DNA of 64,000 bases from Pecten maximus (taxonomy: Eukaryota), in contig NC_047028.1 of assembly GCF_902652985.1 (NCBI RefSeq), forward strand, positions 9,610,001 through 9,674,000, in the 5' to 3' direction. Position 1 is the stretch's first letter. Every line of letters starts with the position of its first letter. Shown one piece after another: positions 62,242 through 64,000 of the stretch. The notes under the pieces are model-generated. The model did not search any database. It was not told the origin of the DNA and saw only the letters and a list, made by a program, of their open reading frames with translations. The position numbers and the translations under genes were made by a program.

Positions 62242-64000
62242 TTTTTATTAGCTCACCTGGCCCGAAGGGCCGGTGAGCTTATGGCATGGCGCAGCGTCCG
62301 TCGTCCGTCGTCCGGCGTCCGTCCGTCGTCCGGCGTCCGTCGTCCGTCGTCCGTCCGTCAACTTTTCCTTTAAATCGCTACTAGTCCTAAACTACTCAGT
62401 GGATTTTGACCAAATTTGGTCTGAAGCATCCTTGGGTGAAGGGGAACCAATTTTGTATAAACGGTGGGTCTGGCCCCCCAGGGGCCTTAGGGGCGGGGCC
62501 CAATAGGGGAAATATAGCAAATTCTTTAAAATCCTTCTTCTTCTGTAGAAATGAAGGGATTTGATTCATATTTGGTCTGAAGCATCCTGGGGTGAAGGGG
62601 AACCAATTTTGTATAAACGGTGGGTCTGGCCCCCCAGGGGCCTTAGGGGCGGGGCCCAATAGGGGAAATATAGCAAATTCTTTAAAATCCTTCTTCTTCT
62701 GTAGAAATGAAGGGATTTGATTCATATTTGGTCTGAAGCCTCCTTGGGTGAAGGGGAACCAATTTTGTATAAACGGTTGGTCTGGCCCCCCAGGGGTCTT
62801 AGGGGCGGGGCCCAATAGGGGAAATATAGCAAATTCTTTAAAATCCTTCTTCTTCTGTAGAAATGAAGGGATTTGATTCATATTTGGTCTGAAGCATCCT
62901 TGGGTGAAGGGGAACCAATTTTGTATAAACGGTGGGTCTGGCCCCCCAGGGGTCTTAGGGGCGGGGCCCAATAGGGGAAATATAGCAAATTCTTTAAAAT
63001 CCTTCTTCTTCTGTAGAAATGAAGGGATTTGATTAATATTTGGTCTGAAGCATCCTTGGGTGAAGGGGAACCAATTTTGTATAAACGGTGGGTCTGGCCC
63101 CCCAGGGGCCTTAGGGGCGGGGCCCAATAGGGGAAATATAGCAAATTCTTTAAAATCCTTCTTCTTCTGTAGAAATGAAGGGATTTGATTCATATTTGGT
63201 CTGAAGCCTCCTTGGGTGAAGGGGAACCAATTTTGTATAAACGGTGGGTCTGGCCCCCCAGGGGTCTTAGGGGTGGGGCCCAATAGGGGAAATATAGCAA
63301 ATTCTTCAAAATCCTTCTTCTTCTGTAGAAATGAAGGGATTTTATTCATATTTGGTCTGAAGCCTCCTTAGGTGAAGGGGAACCAATTTTGTATAAACAG
63401 TGGGTCTGGCCCCCCAGGGGCCTTAGGGGCGGGGCCCGATAGGAGAAATATAGCAAATTCTTTAAAATCCTTCTTCTGTAGAAATGAAGGGATTTTATTC
63501 ATATTTGGTTTGAAGCATCCTTGGGTGAAGGGGAACCAATTTTGTATAAACGGTGGGTCTGGCCCCCCCAGGGGCCTGGGGGGGTGGGGCCCAATAGGGG
63601 AATATTGTTTATTCTTTAAAATCCTTCTTCTTCTGCAGGAATAAAGGGATTTGATCCATGTTTGGTCTGAAGCATCCTTGGGTGAAGGGGAACCAATTTT
63701 GTATAAACGGTGGGTCTGGCCTCCTAGAGGCCTGAGGGGCGGGGCCCAATAGGGGAAATATAGCAAATTCTTTGAAATCCTTCTTCTTCTGTAGGAATAA
63801 AGGGATTTGATCCATATTTGGTCTGAAACATCCTTGGGTGAAGGGGAACCAATTTTGTATAAATGGTGGGTCTGGCCCCCCAGGGGTCTTAGGAGCGGGG
63901 CCCAATAGGGGAAATATAGCAAATTCTTTAAAATCCTTCTTCTTCTGTAGAAATGAAGGGATTTGATTCATATTTGGTTTGAAGCATCCTTGGTTGAAGG
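62242..64000 (+). mobile_element. HINE-like element with a 156-bp tandem array (runs off the window), in LRCH intron 3
   Basis: 5' TTATTAGCTCACCTGGCCCGAAGGGCCGGTGAGCT hairpin, (CGTC)n microsatellite, then ~10 units of 156 bp. Confidence 0.85.

Noticed and set aside
62396-63971. 317-aa ORF with 52-aa repeats
   Set aside because: Antisense reading of the 156-bp HINE tandem units; frameshifted in neighbouring units.

Overview
AT-rich, intron-rich animal genomic DNA. The repeat content suggests a bivalve mollusc, possibly a scallop (inference). There are two host genes on the + strand: a complete 6-exon TAF9 (1305-5804, 273 aa) and the first three coding exons of an LRCH-family leucine-rich-repeat gene (11516-11690, 23125-23269, 61826-61955). 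LRCH intron 2 is ~38.6 kb and contains several satellites and a 14,241-bp CMC/EnSpm(CACTA)-type DNA transposon (39345-53585). The transposon has CCCAAACA..TGTTTGGG ends, a 2-bp AC target duplication, and is inserted into a ~60-bp satellite. It carries arrays of the palindrome GCAAGCTTGC at both ends and two head-to-head genes. One is a 3-exon DDE transposase with two lesions next to the catalytic Glu. The other is an intact, fully phase-consistent 7-exon gene (621 aa) with a Tudor/PWWP-like N-terminus, a coiled coil and a C-terminal BEN domain. This transposase / BEN-factor / palindromic-array module is the most interesting system in the window. The rest is MITEs, tRNA-derived SINEs, Helentron-associated (HINE/DINE-like) elements, a decayed ISL2EU/Harbinger-like transposase and minisatellites. 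All family assignments come from motif recognition by eye; no database searches were run.
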